The translations under genes were made by a program, and so were the position numbers. The notes beneath the pieces were generated by a model that saw only the letters and a program-made list of their open reading frames with translations, searched no databases and was not told the DNA's origin. Below, in pieces: positions 1 to 14,258 of a stretch of 64,000 nucleotides of DNA. Source of the DNA: Felis catus. Its lineage: Eukaryota. Numbering within the stretch: the first letter of the stretch is position 1; each line of letters starts with the position of its first letter. Where the stretch lies: the NCBI RefSeq assembly GCF_018350175.1, contig NC_058368.1, forward strand, positions 203,486,001-203,550,000, read 5' to 3'.

Positions 1-339
1 GTAGAAATTAAGTTTCCTGATTTCTAATAGATCCAGGGCCTCTAACATTATTATTGAAATTCAGGGTTTAGAATCTTTGTGATATGATAAACACATTTAC
101 ATTGTAAGTTTAGGTTATCATTATGATTAATATTATGATTAGTGTACAGACCTCAAGGTTTATTTTTTAAATTAACTTTTATTGATTTGACTATTCCATA
201 ACATTTATGTGTGTTATCATATTTGATAGTTTCATTGGGTATTTATCTCATTTATGAACAAGAAAACTAAGGCTCAGAGATGTTACATAATGTATACAAT
301 GGTAGAAGTAATAGAAGACTTAATAATATTAATCACAAC

Positions 340-560
340 TAATTATTTTGTGCATTGACTATGTATTGGGTATTCTTCTAAGCACTTGATACATTTAACA
401 CATTTGATTCTACAACAAGCCTGTGAGGTAGTTATTCTCAATTTCCACATTTTACAGATGAGAAAATGAATGCATAGTAAGGCTGAAAAACTTTCCCAAG
501 GTTACACAGCTAGTGAGCAATGGCGGCAGGATTTGAACCCACACCGTATTTGACCCCAGC
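340..560 (-). mobile_element. MIR SINE (ancient)
   Basis: Reverse-oriented MIR core cattttacagatgagaaaa...cccaaggttacacagctagtgag...ggatttgaaccc. Confidence 0.85.
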
Positions 561-1060
561 TGATATGGAGTCGGATTACATAGACATGTTCTTATCTACT
601 ATTCTCACATTATTGAATCAGACTTTTAAATCACTACATTGAAAGGCCTACCACACACACCCCGTTATTCTTCCAATAAGTTATTGGCTGTCCCATGGAC
701 CATAAAAATCAGTCAATGGATTAAGTAGTTTGGGGTAAAATCAATATCCTTTAATATTTGATGCAATGATAAAAGATCTCCCTGCTCTGAGTTCTTCTAG
801 TATCGGTGACTATTGTACTTTTTTGAAACATAATCATTTTTGACTTGTTTACACAGACGAGGCTGGGATTCTTGCCCACCTACAATATGTAATGGCTCCA
901 CATCCCACCTACGTTTGTTAGCTGAGTTATTGAAGCACCAACTTGCAGTCGTTATATTAAGATAGACAAAAAATATTTTCAGGGACAATTTGATTATTTA
1001 CAAATATATATTAAGCACAAGAAAAATGAGCTCATATTGTGAGGAAAAAAATCTCTTTTC

Positions 1061-1289
1061 GGGGCGCCTGGGTGGCGCAGTCGGTTAAGCGTCCAACTTC
1101 AGCCAGGTCACAATCTCGCGGTCTGTGAGTTCGAGCCCCGCATCAGGCTCTGGGCTGATGGCTCGGAGCCTGGAGCCTGTTTCCGATTCTGTGTCTCCCT
1201 CTCTCTCTGCCCCTCCCCCGTTCATGCTCTGTCTCTCTCTGTCCCAAAAATAAATAAAAACGTTGGAAAAAAAAAAATTAAAAAAAAAA
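1061..1289 (+). mobile_element. Young felid CAN-SINE (SINEC_Fc type), full length
   Basis: ggggcgcctgggtggcgcagtcggttaagc head, CT-rich tract, AATAAA, A-tail; TSD aaaatctcttttc on both sides (ending 1060 and 1299). Confidence 0.97.
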
Positions 1290-1864
1290 ATCTCTTTTCT
1301 ATGGATGTACTAGTAATATAGAAGTGCATTCGAATATAATTTTTAAAGTTAGAATATGAAAAGAAGCATGAATCATGGCACTATGTAAATTTTTATTAAT
1401 ATATTTCACATTATATTTCCCTAACATCTCCTTACCTCAAAAATCATTTTGGAGAATAAAAACACATACTAATACCTAAAAGAAGAATGACTTATTGGCA
1501 ACAAATTTGATTTTGAACCAATAGAATGGTTTTCAAATGTGCTTTCAAATGTAGTTACTAATTTTGTGGATCCCAATTTTTTCTAACAGGTATCAAATGA
1601 TCTTTTAAAGTATGCTTTTCTTTTTTACTATAACTTTTTCTTTCTACTCTGTATTTGTCCTAAGAATCCATATATCTCCTTTTTCTCAATTATGCATATA
1701 TATATTTCCCCCCCTTATTTGTATTTTTCCTCCTTGCAATTCTCCCTTCTTACCCAAGACTGCGTCCCTCTTTCTAAGATTTTTATCATTCCTAAGTTGT
1801 TTAAACTTCTCAGAGAGCAACCGTCATTGTCTAATGTATTATTATTTAAAAAGTGTTTGCACAT

Positions 1865-2079
1865 GGGCACTTGGGTGGCTCAGTTGGTTAAGTGTCTGAC
1901 TTCAACTTCAGCTCAGGTCATGATCTCATGGTACATAGGTTAGAGCTCCGCATCAGGCTCCACATTGGGATTCTTGGTAATCCCTGCTTGGGATTCTGTC
2001 TTCCCTCTCTCTGCCCCTCCCATCCTCCCCTAATGCCTTTTCTCTCTCTCAAATGTAAATAAACTTAAAAAAAAATAAT
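1865..2079 (+). mobile_element. SINEC (older carnivore/felid subfamily)
   Basis: gggcacttgggtggctcagttggttaag head; TSD aaaaagtgtttgcaca. Confidence 0.93.
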
Positions 2080-2080
2080 A

Positions 2081-2270
2081 AAAAGTGTTTGCACACATAG
2101 ATTCTCATTCATTTTCATAAGAACACTGTAAGATATGTATTATCATTCCCATTTAATAATGAGGAAAATGACAGTCCTTAAAGTTAATTGAATTGTCCAA
2201 TATCTTTAAGCTGCAGGTAACAGAGGCAGATTTTTAACCCAAATATCGTAACTCCAAGCCATACTCTATA
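2081..2270 (-). mobile_element. MIR fragment
   Basis: attcccatttaataatgaggaaaatga...cagaggcagatttttaaccc resembles the reversed MIR core. Confidence 0.65.
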
Positions 2271-2724
2271 CTATAACCATGATGGCAGGGAAGAGAAGTT
2301 GCTTATTTACTTTATTAAATATTAACCTACTAGGTGCTCTGGCCTTTAAACACAAGGAGAGATCCAATTATTCAATTTAATATTTTTTGATATCATACTA
2401 CACAGAGCTGTATAATGCACAGAGCTTGGGGCTAAAAGAGAAATTACAAAATTTAAATCCATATTCCCTCTCAAAGAGATCACAGGCTAAGTGGTAGTCA
2501 CATATGCACGCACGAAAAGAAAAGAAATACCTGATATTAAAGTGGAGAAGGATGCCTTTACATGACTAATGCCACCTTAATCTCATAGAAAAAGAGATCG
2601 CTTTGAGCTAGAACATAGAGGAAAATCCAACCCAGGTGGAGAGATCTGGGCGGACCTTAAATGATGGTGGTTTGCAGAAAAGTAGAAAGCACAGAGAAGC
2701 CATTTTAAGAAATGGAATGGATAT

Positions 2725-2941
2725 GGGATCTTGGGGTGACTCAGTCAGTTAAGTGACGGGCTCTTATTTCAGATCAGGTCATAATCTCACAGTTCATGAG
2801 ACCAAGCTAGGGATTCTTAATCTCTCACCCTCTCTCTGCCCCTCCCCACGTCCTGCCCCTCCCCAGGTGTGCTTGTGCACCCATACCCTCTCTCGCGCGC
2901 TTTCTTTCTCTCTCTCTCTAATAAATAAGCTTTAAAAAAAA
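2725..2941 (+). mobile_element. SINEC with internal deletion
   Basis: gtgactcagtcagttaag head, tcaggtcataatctcacagttcatgag; TSD aagaaatggaatggata (2707-2723 / 2942-2958). Confidence 0.9.
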
Positions 2942-3027
2942 AAGAAATGGAATGGATAAAGATATAAAAGGAAGTACAAAGGCATGTCAAAGGAGTTGTA
3001 AAGACTCATAAAAACATAAATAATGGT

Positions 3028-3223
3028 GGGGCGCCTGAATGGCTCAGTTGGCCAAGTGTCTGATTCTTGGTTTTGGCTCAGGTCATGACCTCACAGTTCC
3101 TGAGTTGGAGCTCTGCACTGGCCCCTGTGCTGAAGGCAAGGAGCCTGCTTGGGATTGTGTCCCTCTTTCTTTGGCCCTCCTCTACTTGTGCTCTCTCTCT
3201 CACAAATAAATCATAAACATCAA
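3028..3223 (+). mobile_element. SINEC
   Basis: ggggcgcctgaatggctcag head; TSD aaaaacataaataatggt. Confidence 0.93.
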
Positions 3224-3279
3224 AAAAACATAAATAATGGTTACTACTGGGATGAGGTGATAAAGATATTACTGAGTTC

Positions 3280-3827
3280 AGACGCCTGGGTAGCTCATTC
3301 GGTTAAGCATCTGACTTCAGCTCAGGTCATGATCTCACGGTTTGTTCATTGGAGCCCAGCATCAGCCTCTGTGCTGACAGCTCAGAGCCTGGAGCCTGCT
3401 TTGGATTCTGTGTCTCCCTCTCTCTCTGCCCCTTCCCCACTCTGTCTCTCTCTCTCTCAAAAATAAGTAAACATTAAAAAAATTAAATATATATACATAT
3501 ATATATTTAAATTTTTTTTTCAACGTTTATTTATTTTTGGGACAGAGAGAGACAGAGCATGAACGGGGGAGGGACAGAGAGAGAGGGAGACACAGAATCG
3601 GAAACAGGCTCCAGGCTCCGAGCTATCAGCCCAGAGCCTGACGCGGGGCTTGAACTCCCGGACCATGAGATTGTGAACTGGCTGAAGTCGGACGCTTAAC
3701 CGACTGCGCCACCCAGGCGCCCTGATATATTTAATTGCAGTACTCCTAATAACTAGAACTCAGTATTGTAATACATGTATATACATATACTGGTATATGT
3801 ATATACTATACTATAATATAAAAACTG

Positions 3828-3873
<46 letters not shown>
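3280..3873 (+). mobile_element. SINEC with expanded (TA)n tail that contains a nested SINE and an inverted copy of the flank
   Basis: Body 3280-3490; TSD attactgagttc at 3268-3279 and 3874-3885. Confidence 0.88.
3511..3723 (-). mobile_element. Young SINEC_Fc nested in the tail of the preceding SINE
   Basis: Reverse complement of the SINEC_Fc consensus ending cgactgcgccacccaggcgccc; TSD atatatttaa. Confidence 0.96.
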
Positions 3874-3876
<3 letters not shown>

Positions 3877-4058
3877 ACTGAGTTCTAGTTATTAGGAGTA
3901 CTGCAGAGACGTATGGAAGGCTGCAGATGCAAAGTGCACGAACTACCACAAGTACAAGTCCTACTACAAAGTAGTACAAATACAAACTAGCCAATATACA
4001 GCAAAATGATTTTTTTTAAGTTTATGTTTTATCTTTATTTTCTAAAAATTCATTTTGT

Positions 4059-4264
4059 GGGGCGCCTGGGTGGCTCAGTTGGTTAAGCACCCGACTTTGG
4101 CTCAGGTCATGATCTCACGGCTCGTGAGTTCAAGCCTTGCATCAGGCTCTGTGCTGACAGCTCAGAGCTTGGAGCCTGTTTCTGATTCTGTGTCTCCCTC
4201 TCTCTCTGTTCCTCCCCCTCTCGTGCTCTGCCTCTCTCTCTCAAAAATAAATAAAGATTAAAAA
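4059..4264 (+). mobile_element. SINEC_Fc2-like, nested
   Basis: Full head and tail; TSD aaaaattcattttg (4044-4057 / 4265-4278). Confidence 0.95.
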
Positions 4265-4399
4265 AAAAATTCATTTTGAGAGAGAGAGAGCAAGTGGGAG
4301 GGGCAGAGAGAGAGAGAGGGAGGGAGACAGAATCCTAAGCAGGGTCCCTGCTGTCAGCACAGAGGCCAATGCGGTGCTCGAACTCACAAACTGTGACAT

Positions 4400-4707
4400 T
4401 GTGGTAGAGTCCCCTCCCTAAAGGAATAGACCTCAAGAGAAGGGAAAGCAACCTGCCGGAATGCGTACATGACATCCCTCACGACCCTGTAACATGAGAT
4501 CACCCAATCAGACTGTATGCCTATTTGTTACCCATATATAGGAGACAAAGAAGTAGAAAATGCATAAAAGACTATGCCACATGGCCTGGCGTTCAGGGCT
4601 CAGTTTTACGGGTATGAACCCAACTTGAGTGTGTGCCGGCACAAATAAAGTTGCTTCCTGGAAAGAAAAGCCTCGGTGTCACGACTCTCTGCAAGAAACC
4701 GGCTACG
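4400..4707 (+). mobile_element. Endogenous retrovirus solo LTR (probably ERV1 class)
   Basis: Starts TGTGG, ends CTACG (CA expected); CCAAT 4504, CATAAAA 4563, AATAAA 4644; imperfect 4-bp TSD acat/agat; splits a SINE. Confidence 0.8.
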
Positions 4708-5119
4708 AGATCATGACCTGAGCCGAAGTCAAGAGTCCGGGCCACTCAGGAGCCCAAGCAACAAGACTGTTTTTGATAAAACTGAAGTTGTATACAATAA
4801 GGGATAATTTCCAGGTATTAGAAATAAAGAGAAATCTCAAATCTGTAGCAATTTGGTAACTGCACCATATTTGAGGCTTGGGAGTTGGGATGGTCTGTAA
4901 AATCTTAAAGAGATATAGGACACAATAATTGTGCAGGGCAGGGACTTAGAACATCTCCTTTGAATAATACTGAGAAGCAGAGAGCAGATGTACCTTAACA
5001 GAGACCAGAAGTAACTCACCACCAACATAGGAATTTAGCCCACAGTGGAGAAATCCCCTCCTCACAGCTGTGTGCTATGAATGGAGATAGAGTCACCCAG
5101 GAGAAATCATGGTTCCAAA

Positions 5120-5422
5120 TCTCATGACTGGGGTTTTATTAAATGGTAATAAATGGCATTTCCCTAGCCATAGCTAGCCCCTCAAGGTCCCGGAAACCTT
5201 GCTTCCAAAAGCCTTACCTTAGAGACTTACTCTATCCCTAACCCCCTCCCAACCTGAGGGTATATAATGAGTTATCTGTCACAACCCCATATAGCTCTTC
5301 CTGTCCATGGGTCTGGCCCCTGTGCTTTAATAAAATCGCCTTTTTGCACCAAAAACATCTTTAAGAATTCTTTCCTGGCCGTTGGCTCCGGACCACCCCA
5401 CCATCACCCCAAAACTTCATCA
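5120..5422 (+). mobile_element. Carnivore ERV LTR, 5' boundary uncertain
   Basis: TATATAA 5261, AATAAA 5329, U5-like end aaaacttcatca; abuts a reversed SINEC head fragment at 5423-5456. Confidence 0.7.
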
Positions 5423-5499
5423 TCATGCTCTTCCAACTGAGCCAGCCAGTCGTCCCTATTTAGCTAACCCTTTAACTGCACTATTTAATATACTTTTTT

Positions 5500-7080
<1,581 letters not shown>

Positions 7081-8703
7081 CTTTGAGGTACTAATTAGAC
7101 CAAAAAAAAAAAAAAAAAGTAAGAAAACTGGACTTAATGATGAAATAAAGGGGCATTTCCTTTTCTCAATAGGTCTATGAATGGGCAGCCCACACTCAAT
7201 TCATATACAGACTTTCTATTGATGGCAAGGGGATTAGTGTGAGGTTTAAGTATAAAACAAGCAATTGAGATCTACCCTTTGTTTAAATGATTTCCTATGA
7301 AAGATGTAGAAGAGGGGCAGGAGCTCTGTCATCCTGTTTGAGAGCTAAACCTTCAGGTTTAAAACCTTATGAACTCTTTGGGTGATCAAACTTGTTGCAC
7401 TTACAAGTCAGACAGGGTAACTAAATCCTAAACATAAAAGTTTTTCAATTTTAAAAGCTTTCTTATGGTCATTAAACATTTCAGACAAATACTCATTATG
7501 AACTAATTGGTAGCAAATGTTCATTTGAAAACTTAAGCTGGCTTTGAGTTATAGTGGTTGGGTTTTGAGACTCAAAAACCAAAATAATGAGAAAAATTGC
7601 GAGCATCTTTCCATGCTTAAAAATTTCAATTAGCAAAATCCTTTGTCTTCTAGATGCAAACTCTGAATAAAGTGAGCCTCTATTCCAGAGTTAGGGAAGC
7701 CACTCTAAATTTGTTAGATCACAAAGATGATTTCTTCTGATGGGTCTCCTCCCTTTTCCCCAATGCCATTCACTAGATCTACTGAGACATGGTTGTGAAA
7801 TTCTCCTTAAGTTTTGAAATCTTAAGGATTAGAAACGGGCATTTTTTACAAAGATGCCTACCCATTCTTAGGATTCCTTTACCTTTTCCTGTTCTATAGA
7901 AACAAAATTTATGGAGCATCATGGAATGGACTAATCTAAGTATCTCAGCAATTTTCTTCTTACCTACTAATACTAAATAACTCAGGCTTGATGATTTTTT
8001 TTTATTGTTTCATTGATTCTATATTTGTTGTTCTTGCATAATAATGTTCTCACCTTGTATCATGAAGCAAGGGTGAAGAAATACCAAGGCCAAAATTTAC
8101 TGTTCACACACCCATTTTTTTTTTTAACCTATGCAAGGTTTCCTATTTGCTACTTGCATACTTTTTTCCAAGACTTTTCTCTGCTATGCTATGATCACCT
8201 CCTTTAAATCTTGGCTTAAAACACATCTTCATAAAGGTGTCTTTTATTAGCTTTACTTAAGTTGAAAACAACTCTATAGTCCTCAATTTAAAATCTAATT
8301 TATGAATTCTGATTTTGGAATCATTGCCATATACATTGATTGAATACGTTTTACTTCTATACGTAATACCCCAAGCTTAATGTATGAATTATGTTTTTTT
8401 TTCTTTCCTTCTTTTATTCTTTTCTTGCTTTTTTTCTTCCTCCTTTCCTTGCTTCCTCCCTTTGTGTCCCTCCTTCTTTTGCTGCTTTCCATGCTGTCTT
8501 ATTTCTAGAACTACCGTTTCTCTAGAAACATCTGCCCAACTACAAATCTAATTTGTATTTGAGGATATTACAAAATTGATTTGATTACATATGAAAGTTG
8601 GTCATAAATTATTCAGAGGCAACATCAGTTAGAAACTGATCTTGCCTCTAACTGATCTATTTCACAATTTAGTTTTAATATATATGTGCTTGTATCTAGG
8701 TGA

Positions 8704-8940
8704 ACAGTATAGCATACTGGTTAAATCACACACTCTGATGCCATACCGTGAGGGTTTAAACTCCAGCACAGCCACTTACTGGATGATTCCAGCTTAGTCA
8801 CATGACCTCTCTTCCACTCAGATTTTCTGTTTGTAAAATGAGAGCAATCATAGCATCCACCTCATAAGAGTGCTGTGATGATTAAACAGATTAGTATATG
8901 TACAGTATCCAATATAAATGCTATACACATTTGAACTATC
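8704..8940 (+). mobile_element. MIR, near full length
   Basis: acagtatagcatactggttaa head; ttttctgtttgtaaaatgagagcaat...cctcataagag core. Confidence 0.88.
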
Positions 8941-9243
8941 ACAGCTTCAAAGCCCTTTGTCCACATATTCAAACTCAAAAAAAACCCTGAAACAAAATGA
9001 CTTTCATGACTAATTTGCAAGCACTGAATTTAACTATCATGAGGTCATTTGTGGTCCTTCCTTATCCTTCTCGGTAACTATACCTCCATTATTACATAGA
9101 GATATTAAGGTACTTGATACAGACCCTACGGGGGATGCAACATTGAATTCAGTATATAAAACATACTACCATTCTAAACTCAAAGAAACTGACATTTGAA
9201 ACATATCTCACTCCAAAAGTTTTGTATAAAGAATTATATATTA
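8941..9243. mobile_element. MER46C-like TcMar-Tigger MITE
   Basis: cagaccctacgggggatg...taccattctaaactc...gaaacatatct...aaagttttgtataaag resembles the MER46C consensus. Confidence 0.7.
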
Positions 9244-9479
9244 TTAGCTCTTCCACATTTCTGTCCTGATATAATATCCGTTCAAATGATGAACTTATCA
9301 TTTGCAAACTGTATTTGATGTATGAGTTTGAAGTAAATGATTATTTCTATTTCTGAATGCATGCCACTCCAGAGGACGCTTCTTACCTTCTCATCCATGA
9401 CTTCTTCCTTCCTTCTCCTATTCACTTCTTTTTTATGCTCCTCCTATTGTCCTATATCAATTAGGACTTGCAATCAGAG

Positions 9480-9771
9480 AGGACTCACAGACAAGTTGAC
9501 TAAGGTGGTTTGGATATGAGTTTTTATTTTTATGCTGTGCTGGGAAATTATAATTGGAAGAAGAGTCAGTGGCTCCATACTGACAGTGTCTTAATAGCAT
9601 CAGTGCCCCATGGGAAGAGCCCATTCATCTGAACTATATTATAGGCTCCCTTGTAGCTGCAAGGAAGGTCGGGAAACCTGGTTTTATTTTCTACAAATGT
9701 GAAAGCAGAGGTCACAAAGAATAATTGGATTGGAATGGACATTAAGTTAGCCAACCTGCAGTATCTGTCAC
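9480..9771 (-). mobile_element. Old MaLR (MLT1-type) LTR fragment
   Basis: agctgcaaggaaggtcgggaaa and terminal gccaacctgcagtatctgtcac. Confidence 0.55.
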
Positions 9772-12119
9772 TCTGTCCAGGCCCACTGTGACAGATTTTG
9801 GTGGAACTGAGTTAGAAGATATTGGCATCATAAGTACTTCAAGATGAAAGAAATGCTTCAATTTCTTTATGTTTCCCTATCACAATGTGACCACATTGGT
9901 ATCTCTGGCTACCTACATTGAATGAAGACTTGCATCTTTTAAGTACCCCCTCCAATCAAATCTCCGCGCCCTTAACCTTGTGACCTTTTGTTACATCTTC
10001 CTATATGCAGAACTCTCTTCCATCTTTAACACATGGATTTAAACAATGTATATGAATATCCATGATTCTGTGAGAGTATGTGGAGATGTTTACATACTAG
10101 CATGAAGAATGAGTAAGGCTGTGAATGTATGAATAAGCCTGTATTCACTCCTTCAGTGAGTCTCAAACAGAACGAATGTGTATTCTTCCCAAGTGAAAAT
10201 GAAAAATAACATTCCTCATCTCCATAGTCTTGTCTCCTCCCTCTTCATAAGCTTTTCTCCGGGAAACTTCCATTTCTAACCAGTTACTCCTCTTTTCTTT
10301 CCCTGATCTTTCTTTGGTGTTGATGTCTCCTCAGCAACAAGTAAAAAACTTATAAGAGCAACCACTGAGTTTGGAAATGCTGTGAATCCATGAAATATTT
10401 CCTCCAACATTTTTCCTTAAACTAGAAATCCACAGTTTATTAGCATATTACCAAACCCCACCATAGCTTTTCTACTCCACTTATTTACAACTATTCCATC
10501 TATTCTTCCAACAAGCCTCCTTTAAAGAGTAGTTGCTTTCATTGATTGACCACAAAAAGTCACATTTTATGCTGGAAGGTTACAGAACATTAAGAAACTA
10601 TCAGCATATATAAACTATCTAATTTTCTTCTTGTGATTATTTTTCCATGGTACTTTTCTGTGTTGAATTTAACTGCTATTGTGTTGATCAATTATTTTTC
10701 TTTTCCCTGGGATTTTTTTTCCCTTTCCTCTTTGTTAGGCTAAATCGTGTGTCAATAGTTCTTCCCCCTTGTTACTTTTGGTGTTTATTTTTCTTATCTG
10801 ATCTTAGCTATCCCCATAGAAATACCATTATAACATCTTTCTATAGTCATACTTATTCATTTTCACTCTTCATTCTTTATTTTATACCAAGTACAAAATC
10901 TATAATTTGGCCTCTGTTTTTTGCCCCTGTAGCTACAAACCACCATTCAAATGTCTCTTCTAAGGAAATTAATTTAAACCACCCTTTCAACATTACAATA
11001 AATTCTATCCATGAATATTCAGTAGTCACCATTATTTAATTTTCTTAGAAATTCTAACACCTCACAGAATCATGAGAGCAAAAAGGAGTCTCCTGAGGTT
11101 GCCTAGGCCATGTTCTTAACTCTGGAACTAACTATCCCAGTGATTAATTCTCATGCTCTTAATATATAATAAAGAAATGAACTTATTTTCAGTTCCTATT
11201 TTTGTCTTAGAATTCTGAGACTTTGGAAGGCTGTGGCAGTGAGGAGTGCGGTGTACTCCTACAGCTTTTGATGTGAGGATGTTGAAATTGGAACACTGGA
11301 CAATACGCACTGGACATAATACAAAAAGCCTTCTAGGTTTCCTAAAACTGAGTGCTATTAGTGACAATATCACTTCCCTTCTGCAAATAACATTAATAAG
11401 CTGAAAGCTAGGTTATTTTATTGAGCCAGTCAACCAACCCAGTTGATTTATAGAAACTCACTGTTTTACTCATTCAATTACAGGTTTATATTTTCCACCA
11501 GTTTTCCTAAGTTGGTTGGTTTTGTCTCCTCTGATACCACCAATTGGTAAAATCGCCACTGTACATGAAATGAAGTTATACAGAGAGATTACGTTCTAAA
11601 GTCATCACATGGGGTAAAAACCTCAGAGATTTTTGCAAACCTGTTATGAGAAAACCACATCGAAGGCTGCTTTGCTGTCTCTTAAGTCCGTCTCAACCTG
11701 TTTTCTCCCAATATTGAAAGGATGGCTACTTTTGCTTTGTTTTAGCTGAGTATGTGATACATAGGTCACTTGTGCTTTAAGGCCAAGGGCCATGGTGTAC
11801 AAAAATTATAAAAATAACTTATGACACTGGAATTCCTTACCATGGAAAGATTCTCAGTTTACAGAACCATGTAAAACCAAAACTGAATGGGAGATCAGCA
11901 AAACCATTTATATCCCCTGATGTTTATTACTGGATGTTTGTACATATTTTTATGAGTGAAATGTCAGGCAGAATAGCTCACACTATTTAAATAGTAATAA
12001 TAATTTATTATATACTATAATAATATTATTATATTTATATTGTTTTATAATTATTATTATTACTATTAGTATTTTGGCTGAGAGTATATAACCAAATTCA
12101 AGTAAGTTAAATGCACATC

Positions 12120-13860
12120 TATTTTCACCACATCTTGTTGAAACTGCCTATGCTAAAGACATCAATGGATTGTTTTCAGCTACTGGAACTAACTGCTATA
12201 GTTGATAATACCGACTACTTTCTCCTATTAACACTATCCTTCCTTGGTTTCTAGGATATCATTCTTTTCTGATTCTACCACATCTGTGTTAATGCTTATA
12301 CTGAATGAGTCATTATGACTTTCTTTACTTGAAATCAACTCTTAAATACTGTGTCTTTGATTCTTTTCTCCTTTACTTCTCTTACTTGCTCAATGTCAGT
12401 TACCATCCTGATTATCCTGATTCTAAGATGTATAATCTTTAACCTAAGCTTCTGACTCATATGTTTTATTGCTCACTTAACATGTCCATAGGCATCTTAA
12501 AACCAAGCTCATGACCTTTTCTCAAACCTTCTTATACAACATCCCTTTTTCTATTAAAGACTACATAGTTTTATCAATTTCTAAATCTGGAAAATTCAGT
12601 CATTTTAACTTCCTTTTATGCCATCAAACCCTATATAAAATTAGTCTCTACATTCTGTCAATGCCATCTTTTGACTATTTCTACAACCTGTTCCATCTCC
12701 ATGGCTACTGCCATAGTTGAAATCAACATTATTTCTTTCTTGGATTCTGACAAGGGATTCCTCACTGGTCTTCCTAGTACCAACTCTGTTCTTCAGAATG
12801 CTAGATGCAATGAAGCCATCAGGATAATCTTTTGAAAATGTTTAATATGATACAATTGTCCTGGGTTGAATTGTGTCTCCCCAGAAATCACACGTTGAAG
12901 TTCTAACCCTCAGTACCCTCAGATGATGAATTTATTTGGAAAGAAGATCACTGCAGACGTAACTACTTAAGATGAGGGCATAGCAGGGTGGGCTACTAAT
13001 CCATTATGATTGGTGTTCTTATAAAAAGAAGAAATTTGGACAGAGACATGTACACAGAGAGAACACCATGTGAACATGAAGGCAGAGATTGAGGTGACAC
13101 ATCTACAATCAAGGAATGCCAAAAATTGCTAGCAAACCACCAGAAACTAGGGAAAGGCCTGGAACATATTGTTCTCACAGTCCTTAGAAGGAACCAACAC
13201 TCCTAACACCACAATCTCAGATTTCTAGCCTCCAAAACTGAGACAATATATTTCTGTTGTTTAATCCAGCCCATTCACGGTACTTTGTCAGGGAAGATCT
13301 GGCAAACTAATACCAGCATCATATAATGTTTCTATACTTTAGATTTTTAAATTGGCCAATGGTACCCACTGTCAGTGGTATCAAACATAGATATCTTGTT
13401 ATTATATATAATACCCAATATGATCTTGGCTGAATTTACTCCTTTACTTTTGCTTCTCATTGCTTTCCTATTTACTGCACTTCATTCCTCCCATTATGAC
13501 ATACTCTTGTGTATTTTTATGTATGATGGCTTTTCTGCCTGATACTTTGCCACCATCACTCACAGTACATTCACTATACAATCATTCACTGTACATCATT
13601 CGCTACCCATTATGACACATCTATGGCATCTCCTTGTTTGTGAATTACTTCAAGGCAGAATTAGATTTCCATCTTCACTGTTTCCTGGGATTTTTCTCCA
13701 CTATTCCTTTGTGGTGCTTACCAGGACACTTTTCAACCTTCATTGACTCTCTCTACCCACCCACTCCTCCCCCACACATTGAATTCTTTAAAGAAAGAGG
13801 TTTTGATGCATTCGTCTGGTAAAGTAGAAACTGAACAAATATTTTGAATAGATACATGAG
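12120..13860 (+). mobile_element. L2 LINE 3' region, interrupted by an MLT1 LTR
   Basis: Pyrimidine-rich L2 motifs (ccttccttggtttctaggata, ctcactggtcttcctag); L2 tail near 13830-13860. Confidence 0.7.
12857..13314 (+). mobile_element. MaLR solo LTR (MLT1B/MLT1C)
   Basis: tgtcctgggttgaattgtgtctcccc start; aaggaatgccaa; ttctagcctccaaaactgaga; end gcaaactaatac. Confidence 0.92.
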
Positions 13861-14258
13861 CCCGGATGTTCTCCAATCCTCTCTGCTCATTAAGGGACCC
13901 TTTCTCTTTCTCATTAGGGTGCCTACGTGTGCTATGCAACCCTTTTTAATTATCCTACTTTTTTGGTTATTATTTTGTTCTAATCACATGATATGTTTTT
14001 TTCAAAGTTGATATTTATTTACAAGCTAAGGAAAGAACATGTTATAAACATAGTTTTAAAGTCCTACTGGCCAATATTCATAAGTTCTTTTTTTTTTTTT
14101 TTTAGCATTCAATGCAGCAAATCATTAGACAAGAGAATCAAGTAAAATGGTTTTACTCTATCAAATGTCTTTCCAACTCAGACCTTTGGTTTAGAGCCTA
14201 ATACCAAACTCAAACTCACAGCAGTGGGCAATACTTGAAGTTTAAGATAAAATCCAAT

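Larger units (their letters stand above)
4010..4755 (-). mobile_element. SINEC interrupted by a second SINEC and by a solo LTR
   Basis: T-tail ~4010-4057, body 4279-4395, resumes gatcatgacctgagccgaagtc at 4709-4755. Confidence 0.88.

Noticed and set aside
797..988. 63-aa minus-strand ORF in unique sequence
   Set aside because: Non-ATG start, no recognisable protein similarity, no convincing spliced open frame
3149..3466. ORFs with motifs like AWVAQSVK...SAQVMIS (also 4055, 25928, 40026, 44508 and others)
   Set aside because: Translations of SINEC sequence, not genes
10647..11039. Longest ORF (130 aa, Phe-rich)
   Set aside because: By-product of T-rich composition; no domain
11593..11882. 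Two minus-strand exon-like units (11882-11841 and 11640-11593) with AG/GT boundaries and a shared open frame
   Set aside because: Very short, peptide unrecognisable, no partner exons; such matches arise by chance and need RNA-seq support
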